The translations under genes and the position numbers were made by a program. A stretch of 64,000 nucleotides of DNA from Octopus sinensis (Eukaryota), in the NCBI RefSeq assembly GCF_006345805.1, contig NC_043003.1, forward strand, positions 27,962,001-28,026,000. Reading direction: 5' to 3'. A model generated the notes under the pieces. That model ran no database searches. It saw only the letters and a list, made by a program, of their open reading frames with translations, and was not told the origin of the DNA. Shown here in pieces: positions 12,229 through 26,494 of this stretch (position 1 is the stretch's first letter; each line of letters begins with the position of its first letter).

Positions 12229-13505
12229 GTGAGATACACACATACATTTCCTGGCCATCTAATAGTTCTGCCAGTCCCTGGATTTGTACTTTTTTTTCAT
12301 GAACCCTGAAGGGATGAAAGGAGAAGTTGATGTTGGCAGGATTTGAACTCAGGACATAGTGAGTTGGTGCAGATATTGCTATGTGTTCTATCCAATGTGC
12401 TAACGACTCTGTTAGTTCATCAGCCTGGATTTGGATTAACAGCAGAACAGTAGCGGCTTGTCTATAGGTGCTGCGGAACTACAGCACCGTCTATTTCCAC
12501 TTGATATTGTTGATAACATTCACTATAATGAGTCCTGTTTTTCTTTAATTCCTACTTGTACATTATATAATCCTTAAGCTTAATGTCAGTAGCCATCCCC
12601 TAGTTTATGAAAAATACAAAAATCCTTGTATAGAACCGTGTCCTTCACAGTCCCAGTGACACGGTGTTGTGCACATGCTCACATGTTTGAGATAGGAAGC
12701 TTCATGCTACAGGGAGAGAGCACTGTGTGAATGACAGTACTGACTTTTGTGTTCAAGTGAAAGGTAGTGTTTCTTTTTGATTCCACATGTGTTGTACTTA
12801 AAAATGTATTTATATTCTTGAATGTGATAAAGTGTAGAATTAGACTATTATCCCTGCTTCCAGCTTCAGTGTTACTGTCAGGATTTGAAAAAATAGGGCA
12901 CCCCTCACCCCTTGTAATTTAGGGGGTGGTTGTGAAAAACAAGGGAGAATTCGCAGTGGTGTTCAGTGAACAAATTAAACACACTACCCAGCAGTGGCTA
13001 AAATGCGAACCAATCACGTTTATGTATAAATTTTCTTTTTATATGTTTGTTTCCTTTTACACAATATTAAAACAATGGCTAAAATTTTTTTGAAGCAGCA
13101 CCCCCACTAATTTTATCTACAAGCCCCCACTGCAGCAGAATGATAGTTTCTGAGGTATACTTACTTAAAATTAACACACCAGCATAGAGGATAGGATTGA
13201 AAGAAAAAAGGCTGGATCTAAACTTGCAAAGGTAGTTGGGCTCTAGCCATGAAATGTGGCAGTATAAACCAAACCAATGCAAATGATGGGATTGAAATAA
13301 TAAACATGATTGGGCCAAATCTAAAAAATGGTTATGGGCCTAAACTAGCAGCAAAGGTGATACTGTAAATGACACCCACAAAGTTGATGGAATCAAAATA
13401 CTAAGCATTGATGCACATGTAAAATACATTGTTGGTCCCAAACAGTAAGGATAGTAAGAACAACAGTCAAGGTTTGTAAATACCAAACTACAATCTAGTA
13501 AAGGT

Positions 13506-13832
13506 CAAGGAGCACTCTGTCGGTTACGACGATGAAGGTCCTGGCTGATATGATCAACGGAACAGCTTGCTCGTGAAATTAACATGCAAGTGGCTGAGTA
13601 TTCCAAAGACATGTGTACCCTTAACGTAGTTCTCAGGGAGATTCAGTGTGACACAAAGTATGACAAGGCTGGCCCTTTGAAATACAGATGCTACTTATTT
13701 TTGCCAGCTGAGTGGACTGGAGCAACGTGAAATAAAGTGTCTTGCTCAAGGACACAACATGTCGCCAGGAATTGAACTCACGACCTTACGACCATGAGCC
13801 AAATGTCCTAACCACTAAGCCACGCACCTTCA
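13506..13832 (-). mobile_element. tRNA-headed SINE, family C, with an 11-bp TSD
   Basis: CTAGTAAAGGT is duplicated at 13495-13505 and 13833-13843. A-box tggcttagtgg and a B-box on the minus strand. Related copies at ~22185-22340, 23290-23432, 44770-45015 and 60095-60352. Confidence 0.85.
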
Positions 13833-15099
13833 CTAGTAAAGGTAATTGGGCAGTAATTGGGCAACTACCTCAAATGTAGTTTAGATGACTGTCCTTCAGT
13901 TAGTGGGTCAGATGAGAATATGCCTCTGTGACCCTGTTTCAGTTTTGGCTCTTTACAAACCACCAACAGCATTAGCAGTATGAGGACATCCATTCAGAGA
14001 CTCTCAGACCCCACTGCACTTTGCTCAGTCTCTTTTGTCAGGAAATTAAAACTAAACCATTGCTGTAATTTGCTTTACCCGCTCTACCTTGCCAGCCACC
14101 CCCTCACTTTCTATATCCCTTGCAATCTCTCTCAAAACCAATCAGCTACCTCTGTTTCTGTTTCTCTCCTCAGTTAGCTATGTCTGACTGTCTATCCTCT
14201 CTCTCTTCCCCACTCTCTCTCTCTCTTACTCTATCAATCAATCTATCTATGTTGGTCTGTCTCTCCCTGTCCAGCTCACCATACTTAACCGTTTTGTCTC
14301 TCTATTTGCTTGTCTCTCCTTCTTTAGCTAGCTATCTCCGTCTCTCTCTCTCTGATTGTATGTATGATTCTCTGGCCACTTACCACTCTCTCTTCACAAC
14401 ATCCTTCCCCTCTTTCTCCCCTACTTTTTTTAATTTCCTCCTCATCTTCTTTATAGACTTCATCTCTTCCCACCGCCAATCAATTTCTCCACCCTCCTTC
14501 CTTGACTCTACTGCCACCCTTTTCTCAAGCTGTGTCTCTGTCCACTCATTAATTAAAGAGTCAGTTCATTTGCTCACTTCTCCTGGATTAGGATTTCCTC
14601 CTTTCATTATTTCAGTTTTCTAATTATTCCTTACTTTTAGATCTGCATGTCTGTCTGCCCATCCATCTGTCTGCACATCTATCACTTTCTATTCTCATTT
14701 TTGTTCTTTTTATCTTTTCTCTCCCCCAGCCATCTCCGTCCTCCACTCACCTCCCTCTTCCACTTATCTTTCTCCTCCAGTCATCTCCTCCTCTGGTCAT
14801 TTCACTTCTCCAGCTTTTTCAACTCCAGAAAGATAAAAGGCAGAGTTGACCATTCTAAGATTTGAACTCAGAACATAAAGAGCTAAAACAAATATTTCAA
14901 ATCATTGTTTATTCCAATAATCTAACAATTGTGCCAGCTTATTACCTTCATAAAAAATGAGAATTATTAAAAGAAAAAAATGATTTTTTATATTTGTCAC
15001 TTGAGTATAATTGGTATCTAAGAACAATAGATGAGGTGGGATATTACAGAGAGGAGAGGTTAAAAGAGATTGTATGTTCCAACATTACTGCACTTTACA

Positions 15100-15637
15100 T
15101 CATCATCATCGTTTAATGTCCGCTTTCCATGCTAGCTTGGGTTGGACGATTTAACTGAGGTCTGGCGAACCAGATGGCTGCACCAGACTCCAATCTGATC
15201 TTGCAGAGTTTCTACAGCTGGATGCCCTTCCTAACGCCAACCACTCCGAGAATGTTGTGGGTGCTTTTACGTGCCACCAGCATGAGGGCCAGTCACGTGG
15301 TACTGACAACGGTCACGCTCAAATGGTGCTTTTTATGTGCCATCTGCACAGGAGCCAGTCCAGCAGCACTGGCAATGACCTCGCTCGAATGTTTTTTCAC
15401 GTGCCACCAGCACAAGTGCCAGTAAGGCGACACAGGTAATGATCACACTTGAATGGTGCATTTTACGTGCCATCAGCACGGAGGCCAGTTTGTTGCTCTG
15501 GCAACGATCACGCTCGGATGGTACTCTTAGCGCTCCACTAGCACAGATGCCAGTCATCGAATTTGATTTCAATTTCGATTTCACTTGCCTCAACAGGTCT
15601 TCGCAAGCAGAGTTTAGTGTCCAATGAAAGAAAGGTA
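15100..15637 (-). mobile_element. Family B non-autonomous retroelement with an RTE-type (GAT)n tail and four internal ~65-bp modules
   Basis: The minus-strand 3' end reads gaaagcggacattaaacgatgatgatga. Contains the ggaagggcatcc block and repeated ttttacgtgccacc modules. Near-identical to 23763-24242. Confidence 0.8.
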
Positions 15638-15777
15638 GTCTGATGAAATGAGAATTATAAAAAAAAAAATGATTTCTTATATTTGTCACTGGAGTATAAT
15701 TGGTAGAGATGAGGTTGGATATGACAAAGAGGAGAAGTTAACAGAGATTGTATGTTCCAACGTTACTACACTTTACA

Positions 15778-16320
15778 GTCTGATGAAATGAGGCATATTA
15801 CAGAGATGAGAGGTTAACAGAGACTATGTTTTACTATTACCACATTTCACGCTGTCTGATGAAATGGGGGGCATTATAGAGAAGAGAGGTTAATAAAAAC
15901 TGTGTGTTTTAATATTGCTACATATCAGATGTCTGTGAAGTGGGACGTACATTATTGAGAGGAAAGTTTAATAAAGAATATATATCTTGATATTACCACA
16001 TTTCACACTGTTTGATGAAATGGGAGACATTATAGAGAAGAGAGGTTAATAAAAACTGTATGTTTATTGTTACACATGAGGTGTCTGTGAAGTGGGGGGT
16101 ACATTATAGAGAGGAGATGTTAATACAGGACATATGTCTTAATATTGCTACATTTCACATGTCTTCTGAAGTGGGGGACTTTATAGGGAAGAGAGGTTAA
16201 TAAAGATTATATGTCTTAATATGACCACACTTTATGTCTAATGAAGAGGGGGATATTACAGGAAGGAGAGTTTAATAAGGATTATATGTTTTAGTATTGC
16301 CACACTTCACATGTCTGATG
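15778..16320. repeat. Degenerate ~76-bp minisatellite with a dimeric ~152-156-bp higher-order unit
   Basis: Anchors tgatgaaatg / tgtgaagtg at 15781, 15857, 15934, 16013 and 16086, then onward. Alternate units are more alike than adjacent ones. Confidence 0.8.
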
Positions 16321-17149
16321 CTACAGGTTCGATAGTAATTCAACTGCACCAAATGATTTGCCATTCATACTGACATTAAGAAATAATATAGGAAACTAAA
16401 TTCTTATGCATACATACACACATATATGCACACACACACACACAATGCACACATATACATTCACATTCATTCATTCATTCATTCATTCATTCATACATAC
16501 ATGTATTCACACAAACTTCTACATTCATGCATATATCCACACATACAGATATACATTCACACATACACATGCATATATTTATTTACACACATACATACAC
16601 ATGCACACACACACACACACACTTTGACACACATCGACATAAACAAGCATGCACATATGAATTTATAGATCTGTGCACACGCATGCATCTACACACACAC
16701 ACACACATATACATACATACGCACAGAGTTTCCTGTCTACTCAACTGTGTAATCTAAGTGTAAATATAGATTTAGTGTGAAAATGTCTGTTATTGAAAAT
16801 GTTGTTGTTGTTGTTGCTGTTGTTGTCGTCGTTGTTGCTGTGATTGTTGCTGTTGTTACTGTTTAGTAATCCCAGCCAGTAATGTGTGAATAATTCTCTG
16901 ACAAAACTCTCTCTCACACACACACATACATGCAGACACACACATGCAAAATACACATTGCTATACACATATACAGATTGATGCAGACATGCGCACACAC
17001 ACACACACACACACTGATACACAAACACACATGCAATGCTACTCAAACACACACAAAACACAAACTCACACATGCAATACTACACAAATACACACAAGAA
17101 CCATACACGTACACAATGTACTACATACACCCACAAAACACACACACAC

Positions 17150-17600
17150 ACATTCAACCAGAAGCTGTGCTGCATACATGCTGTGCTACACATGCACACA
17201 CACTCATACAGTGTCACACATATACATTCACACAAACTATGCTACACACACACACAGTGCTACACATACACACACACTCACACAGTACTATTCATAGATT
17301 CACACAAACTATGCTACACACACACACAGTACTACACATTCACACAAGCTGTGCTACACACACTCACACAGTGCTACACATATACATTTACACAAACTAT
17401 GCTACACACACACACACAGTACTACACATACACACATGCTGTGCTACACATACACACACACTCACACAGTACTACTCATAGATTCACACAAACTATGCTA
17501 CGCACACACACACACGCAGTACTACACATACACATGCTGTGCTACACAAGCACACACACTCACACAGTGCTACACACATTCACCGTGCCACACACACACA
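17150..17600. repeat. (CA)n-derived compound minisatellite
   Basis: The blocks cacaaactatgctacacac and cacagtactacacat recur. A longer block repeats at ~17281 and ~17464. Confidence 0.8.
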
Positions 17601-20418
17601 GGCAATGCTAAACCAATCAATTGTTATGAAACATCTTGTCTTCTATAGATTCAGTATATTGGATATGTCATCTTCTCACATAGATCTGGGATTATAAACC
17701 ACCACCACCACCACCACCACCACCATCACCACACTACCACCGCTACCACTGTGTGGTTGGGGGATGAAGAGGGCAGCAGTTTTGATGGTTATGATGCTGG
17801 TTGTTGTTGTTGTTGTTGTCAGGGTGGTGGTGGTAATAATAATGATGATTGCATCCATGATGGTGTTGATAGCTGCGCTGGTGGTGGTTGCAGTGGTGGT
17901 GATGGATGTTGGTGGTGGTGGTGATAGGGATGGGGGGGGAGCATCAATGGTGTTTGTGGTGGTGAGGGTTTTAGTGATAGAAGTGATGGTGTTGGTGGTA
18001 GTGGTGGTGGTGGTGGTGGTGGTGGTAGTGCAACAGAGTGCTTTAATTAGTAAATATAATGATGATAATGATGCTGATAATGATGGAAATAAGGATTAAG
18101 GTAAAAATGGTGGTAGTGGTGATGGTGGCAATGGGTTGATGGGAATTGTGAGAACAGTGGTCTTGCTGTTGTTTGACCCCAGGTTGACCCTTATCAAACA
18201 AACTTATGATTAAAGGCATTCCAGCCATGACCAACTCGTCTTTTTTCCAAGGAGCAAAAGTGTATCCAGCTTCACATTATCTAACAGCATTTGTTTGAAG
18301 GTGGTAAGGTATCTGGTTTGAGAGGGATTTAGCTGCTATTTCTTACGGGTCAAGTAGCCATGTAGACGTTCCTTTCCTCATTGGATCACTTGATGATAAT
18401 AATTGTAGTGATGATGATGGTGGTAATGAGGACGATGATGATTATAATGATGAGGACGATGATGATTATGATGACGAAGATTATGTTGATAGTGATGATG
18501 ATACTGATGATATGGTGGTGATATCTTCCAATTTAGCTAACCACTGAGTCGTTAGCAGTTATGAATGGTCATCCAGTCGTAAAATTAATTGCCTTAACAA
18601 CAACACATCGAAATTCACACCCACCATCTCCTTCACTTTGCAATGACAAAAAAAAAAAAAAAAAGAAAATGATATTAAGACAGTCACATGACATACCACC
18701 ATTCCTCATCTCTGTTCTAACATAGAAATATGGAGAGACAGAACTGTGGAACGTGCAATACAAGATTGCAAGAAGAACTGAGGAATAATGTATTATTTTA
18801 TATTATTTTATTCTGTTTTATTTATTTTATTTTTGTTTGATTGTTTGAGGAGTCTGGGGGAAGGAACAGTGGTCACGACTCGTGCTGGCCTGTCGAGTCT
18901 GTGAGTCTGACACTGTCAATGTTTTGGTCAAACCTGTTGCAGGTCAAAATGTGAAAAAGAGCAAGAGACATGAAAAAGGGAGAAGGTTCCAGGGGAGGTG
19001 ATGATGATCTGAGAAAGTAAGGAATGGTATTATGATTGGTGGTGGTGGTGGTGGTGGTGGATGCAGCTAGGATGAGGAGAGGTGGGTAGAGACAAGATGA
19101 GTGGGTAGAGAGTGTTTTAGTTGGAAGTATAAGAACAACCATATCCAGGGAACATAGGCTGTTGTGACACCAATAGGGTGTTTAGCCCTAGGTTAGTCCT
19201 GGTAAAGCATACTATATGATCAAAGCGACAGTCCATCAATGATATGATGTGTTGCAGTCATTTGGGATATCCCATGAAGAGTTTAGTTAAACAGATCTAC
19301 CCTAGCACTTATTCTGTTGGTCGGTTTTGCTGAATTGCTAAGTTATGGGAATGTAAACTAACAAAATCTGGTTGCCAAGCAGTGGTGGTGGGGCAAACAT
19401 AAAGATAGACATACACACACACAGAGGTTTCTTTCAGTTTCCATCTACCAAGTCCATTCACATGGCTTTGCTCAGCCCACAAGCTATAGTAGAAGAAAGC
19501 TGCTCAAGGTGATGTGCAGGGGAACTGAACCCAAGGCTTTAAGGTTGAGAAGCAAGCTTTTTAATCTTTGCTTTTTTTTCGTTTTTTTTTTTCCTGCAGA
19601 CATGTAGTCCTACATATAGCAATGTAATCAAATGCATTTTTTTCTTTTCTTTTGTTTTTAACATGTTAGGATAGAATTGAAGGGTGATTTGTGTGTTTAT
19701 GTCCATGTAACTTAGCAATGTGGCAAAAGATACCAACACAATAAGTACTAGGCTTAAAAAAGAATAAGACCTGGGGTTGATGTCTTTGACTAAAACTTTT
19801 TAAGGCGGTGCTCCAGCATGGTCACAGTCAAATAATTGAAACATGTAAAAGCATAAAAGAATAAAGGACACCCACACACATCATGTGAGTGTATGTGTGT
19901 GTGTGTGAGTGAGAGAGAGAGAGAGAGTATATGCAATAAACTTAACTGATCAATAGGTTAACATCATCATGTGGTGTTTTAGTGTCTTTTGCAAAGTCCA
20001 CTCTCTTAGAAGTATTTGGGCCATAGCATCCTATTTTTGCCTGCATCAGTCTTAAATTCAAGGCCCTATTAAAGGCCAATGGTTCCTACCTCTGACCTCT
20101 CACTTTTCCTCCTCTTCCTCCTCCTCCTCACTCTCTCCATCCTCCCCGTTACAAAGTTATACAATCAAATAAGGATCAATACTACAGACTATTATGTCAA
20201 CACCATAAGTCTTGTTGTGAATTGAATCCTTCACTAGTTGCTGACATGGCCTCAAATTGTATCAGGTCCCCTTTCCTTCTCCCTCCATAGCTTTTTTATA
20301 TTGCTGTTAGTGGGGGGTTGCGGGGTGGAGAGGAGAAGTCGGTCATTTACATCTCCAAACATTTCTCTGATTTTAATTTATGGCAGCAATCTCAGTATCA
20401 CCTGTTGCACTGGAGATA

Positions 20419-20468
<50 letters not shown>

Positions 20469-20899
20469 TGTACATAAATAGTTAGATATACATGTGTTTG
20501 TGTATACATACACAATGTCTGTGTGCTTGTTTATATTTGTGGTGTCTTTGTGTATGGCCCAGTGGTTAAAGTGTCAAGCTAACAATCATGAGGTTCCGAG
20601 GTCGATCCCTGGACTGGGCTGTGTGTTGTGTTCCTGAGCAAGACACAGCTGGTGCCAAGCTGTATTGGCCAACATTGGTGGCATGGGGAGGGAAGGCTGG
20701 TATTCATGAGCAACGGCTGGTCTTCCATAGACAACTTTGCTCAGACTTGTGCCTTGCAGGGTAACTTTCTAGATGCTGTCTCATGGTCATTCATAACTGA
20801 AGGGGATCTTTACCATATATACATACATACATATACACACACACACATAAATATATAAACATATATATATATATAATATATATATATAATATATATATA

Positions 20900-21260
20900 T
20901 TATTGAAGTAGATAAATGAATTATTTTATTACGGATAATTCAAATGATAACCGATACCTGGGTAGCAAAAATCACAACAGAAAAAGCACAGTTGAGGTTA
21001 CGACCCTGGGGCCTAAAATCCGTGCTTTAGTGCGGAAATTTGAAGTTTTATATATTTAGTGTAGGAAGAAATGGAGCTGAACGAAGATTTAACAAAATTC
21101 CTTTTTATTATTTTCTACATATGTTTCAAAGGCTGCAAAGTCCCTAATTCGGATTGAATAAGGAGTCCATTTTGCAGCCTTCAACTTAATTCTCCAACAA
21201 AATGCACAGCAAGCTTTTCGACAAACGCTCACGAGGGGCCCATTTGTGGAAAGATGTGTA
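20900..21260 (-). mobile_element. Probable Penelope-like/MITE fragment abutting (TA)n, with an internal hairpin
   Basis: CpG-retaining block next to a TA run, with an 11-bp stem aaggctgcaaa/tttgcagcctt at ~21128-21181. Confidence 0.4.
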
Positions 21261-21530
21261 CCAATGCATTAAGATATTAATAAATTCTATCCAAGGATTG
21301 TTATTACTACGTGTGTGTATGTGTGTGTGTGTGTATGTGTGTGCACATATACATATGAACACACATTCCATAATTGATGCTTTATATAGCTGTTATTGTA
21401 GTTACTGTAAAGGTAGCAAATTTTCAAGATGCTGCTTGTGGTTGTTCATAACACCTGAAGACGTTGGTGTAAATGCCCTCCTCTCCTACTCCCTCCTGCT
21501 CATTCCCTGCTGTTGGTGGTGATGGTATGA

Positions 21531-21758
21531 TGGTGAGCTGGTAGAATCGTTAGCACGCCGGGCGAAATGCTTAGCGGTATTTCGTCTGCCATTACATTCT
21601 GAGTTCAAATTCCGCCGCGGTCGACTTTGCCTTTCATCCTTTCATGGTCGATGAATTAAATACCAGTTACGTACTGGGTCAGTGTAATCGACTTAATACC
21701 TTTGTCTGTCCTTGTTTGTCCCCTCTATGTTTAGCCCCTTGTGGGTAATAAAGAAATA
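21531..21758 (+). mobile_element. Young Meta-domain-like tRNA SINE (tail variant 1)
   Basis: CpG-rich copy, highly similar to 43203-43434 (minus) and 61960-62185 (minus). Confidence 0.85.
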
Positions 21759-22344
21759 TAGTGGCAGTGGAGGCCTTCTCTCTGCCCTCTACCACACTGC
21801 CACCACCACCCACCAATTTAGACTGATGAATACCTTTAGTTCCTGGTCAATAAACCCTCTCTCCTCCTTATCCTCCTCTCCCAGTCCAAATGAGAGCCTT
21901 GATGTGGTAGGGATGGGGATGAGGAGGTGGCAGAGGGAGCAAGAACAGGTGCTCGGTTTATCTTATATCATCCTGTTTGGTGACTGAATAAATCATTGGA
22001 AAGAGTTGGGGGTCGGTTTCCATGTAATAATTATCTTCTGGTACTGTTCAGGAGAGTTACTGAATCATTCTAAATGTCCCATCCAGCCATATGAGTGTGT
22101 GTGTATGTGCATGTGCATCTATTGTATTCACATACATGTTGAATATATATATGTGTGTGTGTGTGTTTTTATATTGTTTGTTCCTTCTCGAGCCACGCTT
22201 GGCTCATAGGGCCAGTTTCCTGGTTTCCTTGGCGTGTGGAGCTTAGGTGTTTTGCTCACAAACACACACATTGCTCGGTCTGAGATTCGAACCCGCGATC
22301 CCTCGACTGCGAGTCAGCTGCCCTAACCACTAGGCCATGTGTTC

Positions 22345-22387
<43 letters not shown>

Positions 22388-22461
22388 CTTAAATCCTTAA
22401 AAATGTTTTAGCCCGAAGGCCGCAGCCATGCTGGGGCACCACCATATATATATATATTATA

Positions 22462-22497
<36 letters not shown>

Positions 22498-22712
22498 CAT
22501 ATATATACATACATACATATATATATACATATATATAAAGTCAAATAAAGAAAATGGAGGATGCTTAGTTCATTTTATTTGTATCGCAGTGGAAAAGTAA
22601 TGCAAATTAAAAGGTATTAAGAATTCCTTATGGGGAGATTGCTTGCTGAAATTGTGTGTGTGTATACACACACCTGCACGCACATATATATATATATGAT
22701 GATGATGATGAT

Positions 22713-22748
<36 letters not shown>

Positions 22749-22752
<4 letters not shown>

Positions 22753-22953
22753 ATCCAAACATGAAAACACAAAGAGAAACACAACAACGCGAGGGCGTGG
22801 AACAAGTGTAGTGTTATTGGATGCTTAGGAAAGGAAAGTAAGGAGGAGGATTTAACGTTTCGAGCCGAGCTCTTTGTCAGAAACATAGAAAAAGGAAAGG
22901 TCCAAGGAAGGGAAGACAGAGAAATAAAACTGTCAATGATACACACGCGGTCA
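22749..22953 (-). mobile_element. Short Penelope-like element with a hammerhead-like motif (second copy)
   Basis: Reverse-complement homologue of 11683-11885. Motif gttt-ctgacaa-a-gag-ctcgg-ctc-gaa-acgt-t-aaat at 22884..22850; ends in (TA)n. Confidence 0.65.
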
Positions 22954-23102
22954 CATTGAATGACCGGAAGGGAATGGGTAAAGAAAAAGTTCTTTTAAAG
23001 ACAGGAGAGTGCAAGAGAAGGAGGTATGTGCATGCACAGGTCTGTGTGTGTGTGTGTGTGTGTGTAATGATAGCATGTGTGTCTGTGTGTGTGGTTGTGG
23101 CT

Positions 23103-23138
<36 letters not shown>

Positions 23139-23762
23139 ACTCTTCCGTTGAAGATGACATATGAGCAATGAAGTATTGTTGAATGACCTACACAAATGAT
23201 TTCTTTATAGTGATCAAATGCTTGTGCTGCACATTAGCTCACTTCCTCCATCAAATCAATATTGTCTGAACAGGTGCAAGGTGTACCACGTGTCAGGTGT
23301 CGGAGTGATCGCAGAGCAATGTCAGATGAAGTGTTTTGCTCGGGAACACAATACGCCACCCGATCTAGGAATTGAAGTCATGAACTAGTGATCATGAGTG
23401 CAACGCCTTAACCACTAAGCCATGTGCCCTCACATATATCTGTGTGTGTCTAGGCATGGCTGGGTGTGTTTCCCTCCCACTGCTTGACAACTAGTGTTTT
23501 GTTTATGTCCCTTTAACTTAGTGGTTCTGCAACGGATACCATTAAAATTAGATCCAGGTTTAAAAAAAAACAAAAAAACTACTGGGGTCAAATCATTCAA
23601 CTAAAATTTCATCGAGGCTGTGCCCCAGCATGGCTGTAGTGTAATGATTGAATAAAGGACATATCTATGTAATCTGTCTGTTCACATATATATTATTCAC
23701 ATGTATGACTGTAGGTATATTGAGTTCATATTTATGTTGCACACACACACATATATATAGAT

Positions 23763-24242
23763 ATCATCATCATCGTTTAACATCTGCTTTCCATGCTAGC
23801 ATGGGTTGGACGATTTGACTGAGATCTGGTGAACCAGATGGCTGCACCAGACTCCAATCTGATCTGGCAGAGTTTCTACAGCTAGATGCCCTTCCTAACG
23901 CCAACCACTCCGAGAGTGTAGTGGGTGCTTTTATGTGCCACCGGCATGAGGGCCAGTCAGGTGGTACTGGCAACGACCACGCTCAAATAGTGCTTTTTAT
24001 GTGCCACCTGCACAGGAGCCAGTCCAGTGGCACTGGCAACGGCCTTGCTTGAATGTTTTTTTTCTCGTGTCACTAGCACAAGTGCCAGTAAGGTGATGCG
24101 GGTAATGATCTTGCTCGAATGGTGTTTTTTATGTGCCACTGGCACGGAGGCCAGCTTGTTGCTCTGGCAACGATCACGCTCGTATGGTACTCTTAGCGCT
24201 CCACTCGCACGGATGCCAGTCATCGAATTTGATTTCGATTTC
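23763..24242 (-). mobile_element. Family B RTE-tailed element
   Basis: Colinear with 15100-15637, with a (CAT)n tail on the plus strand and four ~65-bp modules. Confidence 0.8.
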
Positions 24243-24375
24243 ATATATATATTTATATATCAAATTAAATATTCATCTGAAAGAGTTACTAATAGTTTCA
24301 TGCAATTATGATACTTGAACATGAATATTTATAAAATAACTCCATATATCTTAAAGCAGTCTTTCAGGCTCTGTT

Positions 24376-24407
<32 letters not shown>

Positions 24408-24591
24408 GACACACATATTATTCACATGTATGTATGGATGTGTTTGTGTATATGTATTTATATTATGCTGGTATGTATTTTGCACACGTGTGCATGTCTC
24501 TGCTCATTTTTGTCTATGTTTCGCACATGTATATATTGCATGTCCTTGTCTTCCTCACCCTTACACTATCTCTTTCTTTCCTCTCTCTCTC

Positions 24592-24632
<41 letters not shown>

Positions 24633-26272
24633 CTCTCTCTCTCTCACATGTGCACATACACACACACACATATGTAATTCATAGGTGTAGCCTCATAGTG
24701 TTATGTTGATCTGAAGATTATGTTAATGGTACACTCCTCTGTGGAATGCTTAGGCACTTATATGTTAATTTAATGAGGAGTTAATTAAATTGATGAAATA
24801 CCGGAATACTCATTATTGGAACTGATGGAGTATTTGACATGCATGCACACACAAACACACACACACACAAAGTCCTTGGCTGGGAGTCATTAGAACATTG
24901 GATTGGATATTTTGTGCTGTTAGTTGTGACTCTCTATGCTTTGAGTTCATTCCTTGCCAAGGTCAGCTGTGCTCTTTTTTTGTTTCAGGTATGATAAACT
25001 ACCTGTCCTATACTGGAGTGGCTCCCTCTTCTCTATCTCTTTCTCACTCACGCACACAACATCATTATCATCAATGTTTTATGCTGGCATGGTTTCAGGC
25101 ATCTTGACAGAATCTGATCAATCCAAGGGCTGCATTATACCCCAATATTTGCTTTATCATGGTTTCTATAGCTGTATACCTTTCCTAATGTCAGCCAATT
25201 TACAGAAATTTCTAGGTGTCGTTTTCCCTTTTTTGTGGCACCAGCACTAGTGAGGTAGCCAAGCAGCTTGCAAGACTAAAATCTCTTTCAATTGAGTAAC
25301 ACTACAGTAGAGAGGGAAGTGGATCTTTGCTAAGAGATGAAAAAAGATGCTAGAAGAGGAAGGTGTTTTCCTGTAAAGGAGTTACATGGCTAATCACATT
25401 ATACAAGAGAGGATGGGAGTGACTGAGATAGAGTGGGAAAGAGAAGTGTCAAAAGATGTTGGAGTGGACCCTCAGGATACAAATTTAGTAGAAGTGGGGA
25501 TAGGAAAAGTTAATATTGCTGGCTGGTTGAGGTTGTAAGAGTACATGGGTGAGTGAGAGATTGGGGATGAGCTAGAGGGTGAATATAATAGGTGTTGAGG
25601 AATGATAAGTAGGGAAGGTAGGGTAGAGTAGGTGAAAACTGTAAAAATTGGTTTGGGTTGATGGATAGAGATGGATGGTGGATTAGGGGTGGGATGACCA
25701 ATAATTTTTCTCTGTGAAAATAATTGGCTGTGGCTGTGTGCCATTCTGGAGAGAAATGAGTTCCACCAGGTTTCAAAATTGCTCAGAACATTACTTTTTT
25801 TCATGACAGCACCGCTATGGTTCTCTCAGGTGTTGAGAGTACTGCAACATGCACACCTTCCTGCACACAGGTCAGATGCTAGATACTAACTTTGTCCATC
25901 ATTTTTTTTGTGTTTGGAAAATTAAGATGGTGGAGGTGTTGCTGTTGTTTAACCCCAGGTTGACCCTTATCAAACAGGCCTTCAAGCCATGACCAGCTCA
26001 TCTTATTTCTAAGGAGTAAAAATGTATTCAGCTTCACATTATCTAGCATCATTTGTTTAAATTGAAACTGAGCTTGGCACAATAATTGAGAAGCACTGCT
26101 GTACATAGTTGCTCAAGCTGCTAGAAATAACAATCAAATCTCCCTAAAAGATAAGCAGCAGGATACCATTGGTAAACTCTTACATTTTTCTGTACAGTAA
26201 CCCCATGGGATTGCATTTGTTTGTCACTCCTGAAACAGCTGGTATCACAAGAATTGTAATTAATTACATTAA

Positions 26273-26494
26273 CCCTTTTGATACCAACCTGGCTGAAACT
26301 GCCTCTGGCTCTGTAGTACAAATGTCTTGTTTTCATAAGTTTCAAATTAAAATTTTCCACCAAACCTTAGTCACAATTTATGTTCCTAACACCAGCTTAA
26401 TGGTAACTAAGTTATTTTATTAAATTCTTTGTTATATTTAAAATTAATTGAAAGAAACACAGAGCATCTCAAAATAAATACAGTAACAAAAGGG
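26273..26494. mobile_element. piggyBac-like MITE
   Basis: TTAA at 26269-26272 and 26495-26498. The 12-bp TIRs are cccttttgatac and gtaacaaaaggg (1 mismatch). Confidence 0.75.

Noticed and set aside
14956-15777. ~140-bp direct repeats flanking the RTE-tailed element as a giant RTE-type TSD
   Set aside because: The repeats are more diverged than the young element, and the insertion falls at a unit boundary of the adjoining array, so a pre-existing duplication is more likely.
15638-15870. CTGATGA in the 76-bp repeat as a hammerhead core
   Set aside because: No helix II or GAAA follows it.
22265-22340. tRNA-like sequence with good A and B boxes (and other SINE heads)
   Set aside because: It continues directly into SINE body sequence and has no proper acceptor stem, so it is a SINE head rather than a tRNA gene.
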